DNA from: Eledone cirrhosa
Taxonomy: Eukaryota
Direction of reading: 5' to 3'
NCBI GenBank assembly: GCA_964016885.1
Contig: OZ024742.1
Coordinates: forward strand, 377,642,001 to 377,706,000
DNA length: 64,000 bases
The notes under the pieces were generated by a model. That model ran no database searches and was not told the origin of the DNA. It saw nothing but the letters and a program-made list of their open reading frames with translations. Positions 40,666-56,100 of the stretch are shown here, piece by piece. The translations under genes and the position numbers were made by a program. Position 1 is the stretch's first letter, and the number at the start of each line of letters is the position of its first letter.

Positions 40666-41004
40666 AATTCTAGTATAAACACACATTATTTCACCGAACC
40701 CAGGAATTTTTACATATAACCCTGGGAGTACTCGGAACCCACTTTGGGAAACATTTTAGTTGACTTTAGTAGATAGGTTTCATTGCACTTATTGAGATGA
40801 AAGTTAAAAATTGTCCCTGGAGGAATTTGAACATCAAATGTACTGAGTGGCATTTCTAGCATTCCTTTACGTTTGCAATGCTAGTAATTCTTTCTGACAT
40901 TGACACGGCCATCAAATTGTGTGGGTGGAGGGGGAAAGTGGATTACACCCACCTCAGTCCTTGACTGGTATTTGATTTTATAATGGTCAAATAATAGTTT
41001 CTGA

Positions 41005-41235
41005 TTTAGGCAGAAGGCCAACAATTTTGCTAGAAATATTAGTCGATTAAATAAACCCAAGTGCATTACTGGTACTTTATTTTATCAACTCTGGAAGGAT
41101 GAAAGGTAAAGCTAACCTCGGAACGATTTAAACTTAGAACGTAAAGGGCTGTAACTCTATGCTTCAAAGCATGGCGTAAAGAGTCGGGATAAATATTGGG
41201 AAACATTTGTCGTTTGCTCTAACAACTGTGCCAAT
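41005..41235 (-). mobile_element. tRNA-derived SINE fragment, same family as 29401 and 43905
   Basis: GTGCATTACTGGTACTTTATTTTATCAAC and TAACTCTATGCT.CAAAGCATGGCGT are shared with 43942-44058. Confidence 0.7.
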
Positions 41236-41418
41236 ATATTTGTTCTGTTTAACATAGGAACAACGCCAGACATTTGAGGTGAGGGGGAGGGTCGATTGCA
41301 TTGACAACCGTACATGATAGAGATACATAAGATTTTAAATACAAAAGATAGATGGATATATATATATATATATATACAAGGATCAGAATTAAGAGTATTC
41401 CACAGTTCACAGTAATAA

Positions 41419-41816
41419 TAATATTAGCTCAAAGAAGAATAGAGAATTTTCATGAGCTCAAATACAAATATATTACACAGAGAGAAGTGTGTTACACAGT
41501 GAGATGTGTGTAAAGAATTTTGATTCTGACGTAGTTTTTTTTTCTATTTAATTGCTAACCTATAGATATTGTTCTCTATACAGTAACGGTTAGACTCACA
41601 TGTAAAAATTCTTTACACACATCTCACTGTGTAACACACTTCTCCCTGTGTAATATATTTGTATTTGAGCTCAGATGAAAATTCTCTGTTCTTCTTTGAG
41701 CTAATATTACTATTTAATTGCTAACCTATAGATATTGTTCTCCATACAGTAACGGTTAAACTCACACGTAATAATTCTTTACACACATCTCACTGTGTAA
41801 CACACTTCTCTCTGTG

Positions 41817-41825
<9 letters not shown>
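41419..41825. repeat. 166-bp tandem unit (about 1.7 copies) preceded by an inverted 103-bp partial copy, ending in (TA)n
   Basis: CTATTTAATTGCTAACC occurs at 41544 and 41710. 41419-41521 is the reverse complement of 41605-41709. Confidence 0.9.
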
Positions 41826-41875
<50 letters not shown>

Positions 41876-41982
41876 TAAACGGAATAGAAAATGCTGACAA
41901 ATTGTTCACAGTGAAAAATAGTTTAATTAGGAATAAGTGAGAATTAGTAATAGTATTGGTTAGTATTCAGTTTTGGTTTTAA

Positions 41983-42020
41983 GTTTTACCGGTTGCGCAT
42001 TTCTAATGCTTTTCAAAAAT
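41983..42020 (-). ncRNA. Hammerhead ribozyme (U3-A8 core), GAAA decayed to GCAA
   Basis: Minus strand reads ATTT-TTGAAAA-GCAT tagaa ATGC-GCAA-CCGG-TA-AAAC. Confidence 0.55.
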
Positions 42021-42035
42021 AATTTTGAGATAGAG

Positions 42036-42077
42036 CGTCCGTGATGTTTGCTCTGATCAGAGCAAACATCACGGACG
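42036..42077. repeat. Perfect 42-bp palindrome
   Basis: CGTCCGTGATGTTTGCTCTGA|TCAGAGCAAACATCACGGACG. Confidence 0.95.
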
Positions 42078-42246
42078 GAGGTTGATGGCTTCTTGACCGC
42101 CATCTCAGTTTGTTTGGCCTTTATAACCTATTTTATTGCTCTGGTCTTTATTTGGTCCATGGAGCGCTTGCCAGCATAACACGGATATTGCGTTTCGCTA
42201 TGTTCTCGACCACAGCCGAAATTCGATCTCGCTGAAAATATATTTG

Positions 42247-42315
<69 letters not shown>

Positions 42316-42354
42316 ATATTAAATAAATAGAAACTATATTTATAAAACAATATT

Positions 42355-42415
42355 TATTTTATTATATATAGTTCTAGGGTACCAAGACAACATTGGTACG
42401 CTTTCATCAGATAAA
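42355..42415 (-). ncRNA. Decayed hammerhead-like motif
   Basis: Minus strand reads TTTAT-CTGATGA-AAGC GTACCAA tgttgtc TTGGTAC CCT-AGAAC-TATATATA-ATAAAA. The GAAA is imperfect. Confidence 0.35.
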
Positions 42416-43121
42416 ATACAAAGTTTGTTTTATAAATAGAGAGATACCCCTGAAAATCATACCTTATCGGTTGGAAATTCACTGGAGAGTGGAAATATGT
42501 TAGGGATTAGTCAAACTTATGTGAGAATATGCAAATGAATATGTAAATAATTGAAAAACAACCGTTTATTTAAACGACACCGGAGAAAGAGACAGAGAAT
42601 ATATAAGGGGAGAAAAATCAAAATAGTACGAGAGAGAGAGAGAGAAGAAATAAACAAGAGAGGATGAATAAAACTCATATAACGTTAATTTGGGGGAAAT
42701 ATATTCTAAGTATATATCTTAATAGTACGTGTATTTACGATTATTGTTTAAAATTCGTTTATAATATAATATTTTCTGTTATAAGTAGATAAATAAATAA
42801 ATAAAAATTAAATAAACAAATAAATAAATAGATTGGTATATCATGTTATAGATAATTGTTTTAATGAGTTATGAGGGATATTGGTTTTGTATTTAATGTA
42901 AGTAAATATTAAGTTAAATTAAATTAAATTAACTGAGTTAATAAGAATATTTATATTTATATATTTTAAAGTGCTCTAAATCAGTTATAAACATTTATAT
43001 TTGTCGGACTTCCAACAAATTAAATACCCCTTCTACTTATATATATATATATGTTTATCCCGGGTTCAATTGGGGGTAACCACAGTAAATAAGTTACTCA
43101 ACACTACACAGCAGAGTATAA

Positions 43122-43235
43122 ATATTTAATATAGAAAAGGCTTCTAGAGGACTAGAACTGTTTCATTCGGAGGAAATCATCAGCTTTCCTGGTGATTTCC
43201 TCCGAATGAAACAGTTCTAGTCCTATATTAAATAT
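43122..43235. repeat. Fold-back inverted repeat whose arms each begin with a hammerhead-like core
   Basis: Arms are 43148-43183 and 43189-43224 (CTG[A/G]TGATTTCCTCCGAATGAAACAGTTCTAGTCCT) with a 5-nt loop. There is an outer extension ATATTTAATATAG/CTATATTAAATAT. Confidence 0.85.
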
Positions 43236-43257
43236 ATATATAGACAGCGATAGATAA

Positions 43258-43290
<33 letters not shown>

Positions 43291-43538
43291 CATACACACA
43301 AACACGCACACATATATATATACGTTGGCTGAGAGCTTCTGACAGGAACTAAAAGATTGATTCTTTACTAGCTTCCCATCCCCACGTACAATTTGTAAAT
43401 CAGTGGCTAGTTGAGAGATAAAGTCCTATCGGTTGCCAGTTGCTAATCGCTTTACCGTGTCGGTTGTCACAAACATTCATGACCGGCATGGGCCGGTGTT
43501 TGGATACTGTCGATCGATTGGTTATTGATTAGGCGATA

Positions 43539-43648
43539 CCTGCTGATGAAGCCGCATAAGTCGATTGTGCATTGTTGCATAATATATGCAGACAGATGGT
43601 GCAATGCACCTTACTGCTGCATTAGTGCGGCAGAAACTCGAGTCCGGG
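43539..43648 (+). ncRNA. Type I hammerhead ribozyme with a large branched stem II
   Basis: CCTG-CTGATGA-a GCCGCA[..GTGCATTG..TGCATA ata TATGCA..CAATGCAC..]TGCGGC a-GAAA-CTCGAG-TC|CGGG. Stem III ACTCGAGT is palindromic and the triplet is GUC, with the cut after 43644. Confidence 0.75.
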
Positions 43649-43793
43649 AACCTTATAGGCACCCGTTTTACGTGTGTTGTGTTGAGGCAAATAACTATGT
43701 GTATTCTCTGGTAATGTATCTTACATTGCCCATTGAGTGCGCTGAGATACAACCGGTACTGGCATTGATAAATATGCTGGGTCCGTCAACCCT

Positions 43794-43796
<3 letters not shown>

Positions 43797-43880
<84 letters not shown>

Positions 43881-43887
43881 TAGATAG
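43797..43887. repeat. (TA)n(GA)n microsatellite
   Basis: Direct reading. Confidence 0.9.
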
Positions 43888-43904
43888 AAGTTTTTTTAAA
43901 TAAT

Positions 43905-44085
43905 TGTTTCTACATTTGGCACAAGGCCAGCAATTACCCAGGTGCATTACTGGTACTTTATTTTATCAACCCCTTAAGGGAGAAAGGCAAAGTTAACCTC
44001 GGTGGGATTTAAACTCAGACAATAAATGGCCATAACTCTATGCTGCAAAGCATGGCGTCCGACACACCACCGATGCTGCCAACCC
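43905..44085 (-). mobile_element. tRNA-derived SINE fragment
   Basis: CTGGTACTTTATTTTATCAACCCC..AAAGGCAAAGTTAACCTCGG..GATTTAAACTC gives a decayed B-box on the minus strand. It is related to the 41.05-kb copy. Confidence 0.7.
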
Positions 44086-44154
44086 AATAGTAACCAGTAG
44101 TAACATTTAATACTTTATTCCTTCTTTTCTTTTTCTCTTTCTTCTCATCCCTCT

Positions 44155-47100
44155 ATACCATATGATAGTATACCATACCATACCATACCATACCATACCA
44201 TACCATACCATACCATACTATGGCATACCTTACCACACTATACCATACTATACAATACCTTACCACACTATACCATACTATACCATACCATACCATAATA
44301 TACCATACCATACCATACCATACTATACCATACCATATAATACCATACTATACCATACCATACCTTACCACACTATACCATACTATACCATACCATACTA
44401 TACCATACCATACCGTACTATACCATACCACACCATACCTCACCATCCCACACTACACCATAACATACTATACCATATTCTACCATATTCTACCATACCA
44501 TAATATACCATACTATACCATACCACACTATACCATACCATACCACACCATACCATACTATACAATACCCTACCATACCATACCATGCTATACAATATTA
44601 TACCATACTATACCATACCATACTATACCATACTATACCATTACATATTATACCATACTATACCATATTATACCATACTATACCATACCATACTATGCCA
44701 TACCCTACCATACAATACCATACCATTCTACACCATACCATACTATACAATACTCTAACATACCATACCATACCGTAATATACCATACCATACTATCCTA
44801 TATCATACCATACCATAATATACCGTACTATACCATACTATACTATCCCTCTATACGATATCATAGTATACCATATCATACCTTACCATAACATACCATA
44901 CCATGCCATACCTTACCACACTATACCATACTCTACCATACCATACCATACCATACCATACAATACCATATCATACTATGCAATACCATACTATACCATA
45001 CTATGCCATACCACACCATAGCACACCATACCACACCATACCATACTCTACAATACTCTACCATACCATACCATACTATATCATACCATACTATACCATA
45101 CCACACCATACCACATCATACCATACTATACAATACTCTACCATACCATACTATCGTATACCATACCATATTAAACCATACCATACTATACCATAATATG
45201 CCATTCCATACTATACCATACTATACCATACCATACCATACTATACCATACGCTATCATACTATACCATACTATACCATTCCATACTCTATCATACCATA
45301 CCATACTATACCATACCATAATATACCATACCATACTATACCATACCATACTATACCATTGCATACCACACCACAACATACCATACCCTACAATACCATA
45401 CGAAACCATAACATACCATACCACACCATACCATACCATACCACGCCATACCACACCACACCACACGATACCACACCACACCACAACACACCACACCACA
45501 ACACACCATACCACACCACGCCACATCACACCACGCCATACCACACCATACCACACCACACCACACCATACCACACCATACCACACCACACCACACCATA
45601 CCACACCATACCACACCACACCACACCACACCATACCACACCACATCATACCATACCTTACCACACCACGCCCCCCAAAAAACAATACCACACCACACCA
45701 TAACACACCATACCACACCATACCACAACACACCCTATCACACCATACCACACCACACCATATCACACCACACCACACAACACCACACCACTTCACACCA
45801 CACCACACTACACCACACCACACCACACTACACCACACCACACTACACCATACCACACGATACCACACCACACCACACCACACCACACCACACCACACCA
45901 TACCACACCATACCACACCACACCATACCACACCACACCACACCATACCACATCACACCACACTACACCACACCATTCCACACCATACCATACCACACCA
46001 CACCACACCATACCATACCACACCACACGATACCACACCACACCATACCACACCACATCACACAACACCACACAACACCATACTACACCACACCATACCA
46101 CACCACACCACACTACACCATACCACATCACACCACACTACACTACACCACTCCACACTACACTACCCTATACTACAACACATCCACACATACCACACTG
46201 AACTAGACCACACCACACCACACCACACCACACCATACCACACCACACCATACCACACCATACCACACCACACCATACCACACAATATCACACCACACCA
46301 TACCGCACCACACCACACCATACCACACCACACCACACCACACCACAACACACTACACTACACTACACCACACCACACCAGAGCACACCACACCATACCA
46401 CACGATACCACACCACACCATACCACACCACACCACACCACACCACACCACACCATACCACACCATACCACACCACACCACACCACACCATACCACACCA
46501 TACCACACCACACCACATAACACCATACCATACCACACAACACCACAACACACCACACCACACGGCACCACACCACACCACACCATACCACACACCATGC
46601 CACACCACACCGCACCACACCACACAATACCACACCACACCATAACACATCATACCACACCATACCACACCACACCATATCACACCATACCACACCATAC
46701 CACACAGACACCACACCACACCACACCACACCATAACACAACACACCACACCACACCACTCCACACTACACCACACCACGCTTAACCACACCATACCACA
46801 CCACACCACACTACACCACACCGCACCACATCATACCACACCACACCACACCACACCGCACCACACCACACCACACCATGCCACACCACACCACACCATA
46901 CCACACCACACGATACCACACCACACCATACCATACCACACGGCACCAAACCATACCACACCACACGATACCACACCACACCACACCACATCATACTACA
47001 CCACATCACATCATACTACACCACACCATACCACACCACACCACACCACACCATACCACATCACACCACACTACACTACACCACACTACACCACACTACA

Positions 47101-50100
47101 CAACACTAGACTACACAACATAACACCAAACCACACCACACCACACCATACCACACCATACCACACCACTCCATACCACACCATACCACACCACACCACA
47201 CCAAACCATACCACACCACACGATACCACACATTACCACACCACTCCACACCACACCACATCATACTACACCACACCACACCATACCAGACCATACCACA
47301 CCACACAACACCATACCACACCACACCATACCATAGCACACCACACCAAACCATACCACACCACACGATACCACACCAAACCGCACCACACCACACCATA
47401 CCACACCACTCCACACCATACCACACCACACCACACCATACACACCACACCACACGATACCACACCACACCATACCACACCACACCAAACCACACCACAC
47501 CACACCATACCACACCACACCACACCACACCATACCACACCACACCACACCATACACACCACACCACACGATACCACACCACACCATACCATACCACACC
47601 ACACCAAACCATACCACACCACACGATACCACACATTACCACACCACTCCTCACCACACCACATCATACTACACCACACCATACCACACCACACCACACC
47701 ACACCACACCATACCACATCACACCAGACCATACCACACTACACTACACTACACCACACCACACCACACCACACTACACTAGACCACACCAAAGCACACC
47801 ACACTATACCACACGATAACACACCACACCACACCACACCACACTACACCACACCACACCACACTACACCACACCACACTACACCATACCACACGATACC
47901 ACACCACACCACACCACACCACATCACACCATACCACACCACACCACACCATACCACAGCACACCACACCACACCATACCACACCACACCATACACACCA
48001 CACCACACCACACCATTCCACACCATACCATAACAACACCATACCACACGATACCAGACCACACCACACCACACCACACCATACCACACCACACCACACC
48101 ATACCACAGCACAGCACACCACACCATACCACACCACACTACACTACACTACACCACACCACACCACACTACACTAGACCACACCACAGCGCACCACACT
48201 ATACCACACGATAACATACCACACCACACCACACCACACTACACCACACCACACCACACTACACCACACTACACTACACCATACCACACGATACCACACC
48301 ACACCACACCACACCATACCACACAAACACCACACCACACCACACCACACCATAACACAACACACCACACCACGCCACACCACACTACACCACACCACGC
48401 TAAACAACACCATACCACACCACACCACACTACACCACACCGCACCACATCATACCACACCACACCACACTAGACCGCACCACACCACACCACACCATAC
48501 CACACCACACCACAACACACCACAACACACCATACCACATCACACCACACCACATCACACTACACCATACCATACCACACCACACCATACCACACCACAC
48601 GGCACCACACCACACCACACCATACAACACACCATACCACACCACACCGCACCACACCACACCACACCACACCACACCATGACACACCATACCACACCAT
48701 ACCACACCACACCATATCACACCATACCACACATACCACACAAACACCACACCACACCACACCACGCCATACCACACCACACCACACCATACCACACCAC
48801 ACCACACCATACACACCACACCACACGATACCACACCACACCATACCATACGACACCAGACCAAACCATACCACACCACACGATACCACACATTACCACA
48901 CCACTCCACAACACACCACATCATGCTACACCACACCATACCACACCACACCACAGCACACCACACCATACCACATGACACCACACCATACCACACTACA
49001 CTATACTGCACCACACCACACCACACCACACTACACTAGACAACACCAAAGCACACCTCACTATACCACACGATAACACACCACACCACACTACACCACA
49101 CCACACCTCACCACACCACACCATACCACACCACACCACACAATACCACAGCAAACCACAACACACCATACCACAGCACACCACGCTACACCACATCACA
49201 CCATTCCACACCATACCATACCACACCACACCATATTATACCACACCACATCACACCACACCACACCATACTACACCACAGCATACCACACCACACCACA
49301 CCACACCACACCATACCACATCACACCACACTACACTACACTACACCACACCACGCCACACCACACTACACTACGCTACACTACAACACATCCACACATA
49401 CCACACTACAGTAGACCACACCACACCACACCATACCACACGATACCACACCATACCACACCACACCTCACCACACTACACCATACCACACCATACCACA
49501 CCACACCACACCACACCACAACACACCATACCACACCACGCCACATCACGCCACACCATACCACACCATACCACACCACACCATACCACACCATACCACA
49601 CCACACCACACCATACCACACCATACCACACCACACCACATAACACCATACCATACCACACCACACCACAACACACCACACCACTCGGCACCACACCACA
49701 CCACACCATTCCACACCACACCACAACACACCACACCACAACACACCATAGCACACCACGCCACATTACGCCACACCATACCACACCATACCACACCACA
49801 CCATACCATACCATACCACACCACACCACAACACACCACACCACACGGCACCACACCACACCACACCATTCCACACACCATACCACACCACACCATACCA
49901 CACCACACCACACCACACCACACCACACCACCCTACACTAGACCACACCACAGCACACCACACTATACCACACGATAACACACCACACCACACCACACCA
50001 AACTACACCACACCACACCACACTACACCACACCACACTACACCATACCACACGATACCACACCACACCACACCACACCATACCACACCACACCATACAC

Positions 50101-53100
50101 ACCACACCACACCACACCATTCCACACCATACCATAACTACACCATACCACACGATACCACACCACACCACACCACACCACACCATACCACACCACACCA
50201 CACCACACCATACCACAGCACAGCACACCACACCATACCACACTACACTACACTACACCACACCACACCACACCACACTACACTAGACCACACCACAGCA
50301 CACCACACTATACCACACGATAACACACCACACCACACCACACCACACCACACTACACCACACAACACCACACTACACCACACCACACTACACCATACCA
50401 CACGATACCACACCACACCACACCACACCATACCACACAAACACCACACCACACCACACAACACCATAACACAACACACCACACCGCACCACACCACACT
50501 ACACCACACCACGCTAAACAACACCATACCACACCACACCACACTACACCACACCGCACCACATCATACCACACCACACCACACTACACCGCACCACACC
50601 ACACCACACCATACCACACCACACCACAACACACCACAACACACCATACCACATCACACCACACCACATCACACTACACCATACCATACCACACCACACC
50701 ATACCACACCACACGGCACCACACCACACCACACCATACAACACACCATACCACACCACACCGCACCACACCACACCACACCACATCATACAACATCACA
50801 CCACACCATACCACACTACAATACACTACACCACACCACACCACACCACACTACACTAGACCACACCACACCACACCACACTACACCACACCACACTACA
50901 CCATACCACACGATACCACACCACACCACACCACACCACACCACACCACACCACACCACACCATACCACACCACACCACACCACACCACATCACACCACA
51001 CCACACCATACCACACCACACCACACCACACTACACCACACCATTCCACACCATACCATACAACACCACACAAACACCACACCACGCCACACCACACCAT
51101 AACACAACACACCACACCACACCACACTACACCACACCACGCTAAACCACACCATACCACACCACACTACACCACACCGCACCACATCAATCCACACCAC
51201 ACCACACCGCACCACACCACACCACACCACACCATGCCACACCACACCATACCACACCACACCACAACACATCACACTACACCATACCACACGATACCAC
51301 ACCACACCACACCACACCACATCATCCCACACCACACCACAACACACCATACCACACCACGCCACATCACACCACACCATACCACACCATACCACACCAC
51401 ACCACACCATGCCACACCATGCCACACCACACCACACCACATAACACCACATAACACCATACCATACCACACCACACCGCAACACACCACACCACACGGC
51501 ACCACACCATACCACACCATACCACACACCATGCCACACCACACCACACAATACCACACCACAACATAATACACCATACCACACCATACCACACCACACC
51601 ATATCACACCATACCACACTATACCACACAAACACCACACCACATCACGCCACACCATAACACGACACACCACACCACACCACACCACACTACACCACAG
51701 CACACTAAACCACACCATACCACACCACACCACACTACACCACACCGCACCACATCATACCACACCACACCACACCACACCGCACCACACCACACCATGC
51801 CACATCACACCATACCACACCACACCACAGCACACCACAACACACCATACCACATCACACCACACCACATCACACTACACCATACCACACGATACCACAC
51901 CACACCACACAAAACCACACCATCCCACACCACACCACACCACACCATACCACACCACACCACACCACACCATACCACAACACACCACATCATACCACAC
52001 CACACGATACCACACCACACCATACCATACCACACCACACCAAACAATACCACACCACACGATACCACACCAAACCACACCACACCACACCATACCACAC
52101 CACTCCACACCATACCACACCACACCACACCACACCATACACACCACACCACACGATACCACACCACACCATACCACACCACACCAAACCACACCACACC
52201 ACACCATACCACACTACACCACACCACACGATACCACACCACACCACACCATACACACCACACCACACGATACCACACCACACCATACCATACCACACCA
52301 CACCAAACCATACCACACCACACGATACCACACATTACCACACCACTCCTCACCACACCACATCATACTACACCACACCATACCACACCACACCACACCA
52401 CACCACGCCACACCATACCACATCACACCAGACCATACCACACTACACTGCACTACACCACACTACACCACACCACACTACACTAGACCACACCACAGCA
52501 CACCACACTATACCACACGATAACACACCACACCACACCACACCTCACCACACTACACCACACCACACCACACTACACCGCACCACACTACACCATACCA
52601 CACGATACCACACCACACCACACCACACCACATCACACCATACCACACCACACCACACCACACCATACCACAGCACACCACACCACACCATACCACACCA
52701 CACCATACACACCACACCACACCACACCATTCCACACCATACCATAACTACACCATACCACACGATACCACACCACACCACACCACACCACACCACACCA
52801 TACCACACCACACCACACCACACCATACCACAGCACAGCACACCACACCATACCACACCACACTACACCATACCACACCACACCATACCACACCACACTA
52901 CACTACACTACACCACACCACACCACACCACACTACACTAGACCACACCACAGCACACCACACTATACCACACGATAACACACCACACCACACCACACCA
53001 CACTACACCACACCACACCACACTACACCACACCACACTACACCATACCACACGATACCACACCACACCACACCACACCATACCACACAAACACCACACC

Positions 53101-56100
53101 ACACCACACCACACCACACCATAACACAACACACCACACCACACCACACTACACCACACCACGCTAAACAACACCATACCACACCACACCACACTACACC
53201 ACACCGCACCACATCATACCACACCACACCACACTACACCGCACCACACCACACCACACCATACCACACCACACCACAACACACCACAACACACCATACC
53301 ACATCACACCACACCACATCACACCACACCACACCATACCACACCACACCACACCGCATCACACCACATCATACAACATCACACCACACCATACCGCACT
53401 ACAATACACTACACCACACCACACCACACCACACTACACTAGACCACACCACACCACACCACACTACACCACACCACACTACACCATACCACACGATACC
53501 ACACCACACCACACCACACCACACCACACCACATCACACCACACCACACCACACCATACCACATCACACCACACCACACCATACCACACCACCCCACACC
53601 ACACTACACCACACCATTTCACACCATACCATACCACACCACACAAACACCACACCACACCACACCACACCATAACACAACACACCACACCACACCACAC
53701 CACACTACACCACACCACGCTAAACCACACCATACCACACCACACCACACTACACCACACCGCACCACATCATACCACACCACACCACACCACACCGCAC
53801 CACACCACACCACACCACACCATGCCACACCACACCATACCACACCACACCACAACACCCCCAACACACCATACCACATCACACCTCAACACATCACACT
53901 ACACCATACCACACGATACCACACCACACCACACCACACCACACCACACCACATCATCCCACACCACACCACAACACACCATACCACACCACGCCACATC
54001 ACACCACACCATACCACACCATACCACACCACACCACACCATGCCACACCATGCCACACCACACCACACCACATAACACCACATAACACCATACCATACC
54101 ACACCACACCGCAACACACCACACCACACGGCACCACACCACACCACACCATACCACACACCATGCCACACCACACAATACCACACCACAACATAATACA
54201 CCATACCACACCATACCACACCACACCATATCACACCTAACCACACTATACCACACAAACACCACACCACGTCACGCCACACCATAACACGACACACCAC
54301 ACCACACCACACCACACTACACCACAGCACACTAAACCACACCATACCACATCACACCACACTACACCACACCGCACCACATCATACCACACCACACCAC
54401 ACCACACCGCACCACACCACACCATGCCACATCACACCATACCACACCACACCACAGCACACCACAACACACCATACCACATCACACCACACCACATCAC
54501 ACTACACCATACCACACGATACCACACCATACACACCACACCACACCACACCATTCCACACCATACCATAACTACACCATACCACACGATACCACACCAC
54601 ACCACACCACACCACACCATACCACACCACACCACACCACACCATACCACAGCACAGCACACCACACCATACCACACCACACTACACTACACTACACCAC
54701 ACCACACCACACCACACTACACTAGACCACACCACAGCACACCACACTATACCACACGATAACACACCACACCACACCACACCACACCACACCACACTAC
54801 ACCACACCACACTACACCATACCACACGATACCACACCACACCACACCACACCATGCCACACAAACACCACACCACACCACACCACACCATAACACAACA
54901 CACCACACCACACCACACCACACTACACCACGCCACATCACACCACACCATACCACACCATACCACACCACCCCACACCATGCCACACCATGCCACACCA
55001 CACCACACCACATAACACCACATAACACCATAGCATACCACACCACACCACACCATGCCACACCATACCACACCACACCATGCCACACCATACCACACCA
55101 CACCACACCACATAACACCACATAACACCATACCATACCACACCACACCGCGGCACACCACACCACACGGCACCACACCACACCACACCATACCACACAC
55201 CATGCCACACCACACCACACAATACCACACCACAACATAATACACCATACCACACCATACCACACCACACCATATCACACCATACCACACTATACCACAC
55301 AAACACCACACCACATCACGCCACACCATAACACAACACACCACACCACACCACACCACACTACGCCACAGCACACTAAACCACACCATACCACACCACA
55401 CCACACTACACCACACCGCACCACATCATACCACATCACACCACACCACACCGCACCACACCACACCATGCCACATCACACCATACCACACCACACCACA
55501 GCACACCACAACACACCATACCACATCACACCACACCACATCACACTACACCATACCACACGATACCACACCACACAAAACCACACCATCCCACACCACA
55601 CCACACCACACCATACCACACCACACCACACCACACCATACCACAACACACCACATCATACCACACCATACCACACCACACCATACCATACCACACCACA
55701 CCAAACCATACCACACCACACGATACCACACCAAACCACACCACACCACACCATACCACACCACTCCACACCATACCACACACACCACACCACACCATAC
55801 CACACCACACCACACCATACACACCACACCACACGATACCACACCACACCATACCACACCACACCAAACCACACCACACCACACCATACCACACCACACC
55901 ACACCACACCATACCACACCACACCACACCACACACACCACAACACACGATACCACACCACACCAAACCACACCACACCACACCATACCACACCACACCA
56001 CACCACACCATACCACACCACACCACACCACACACACCACAACACACGATACCACACCACACCATACCACACCACACGATACCACACCACACCATACCAC

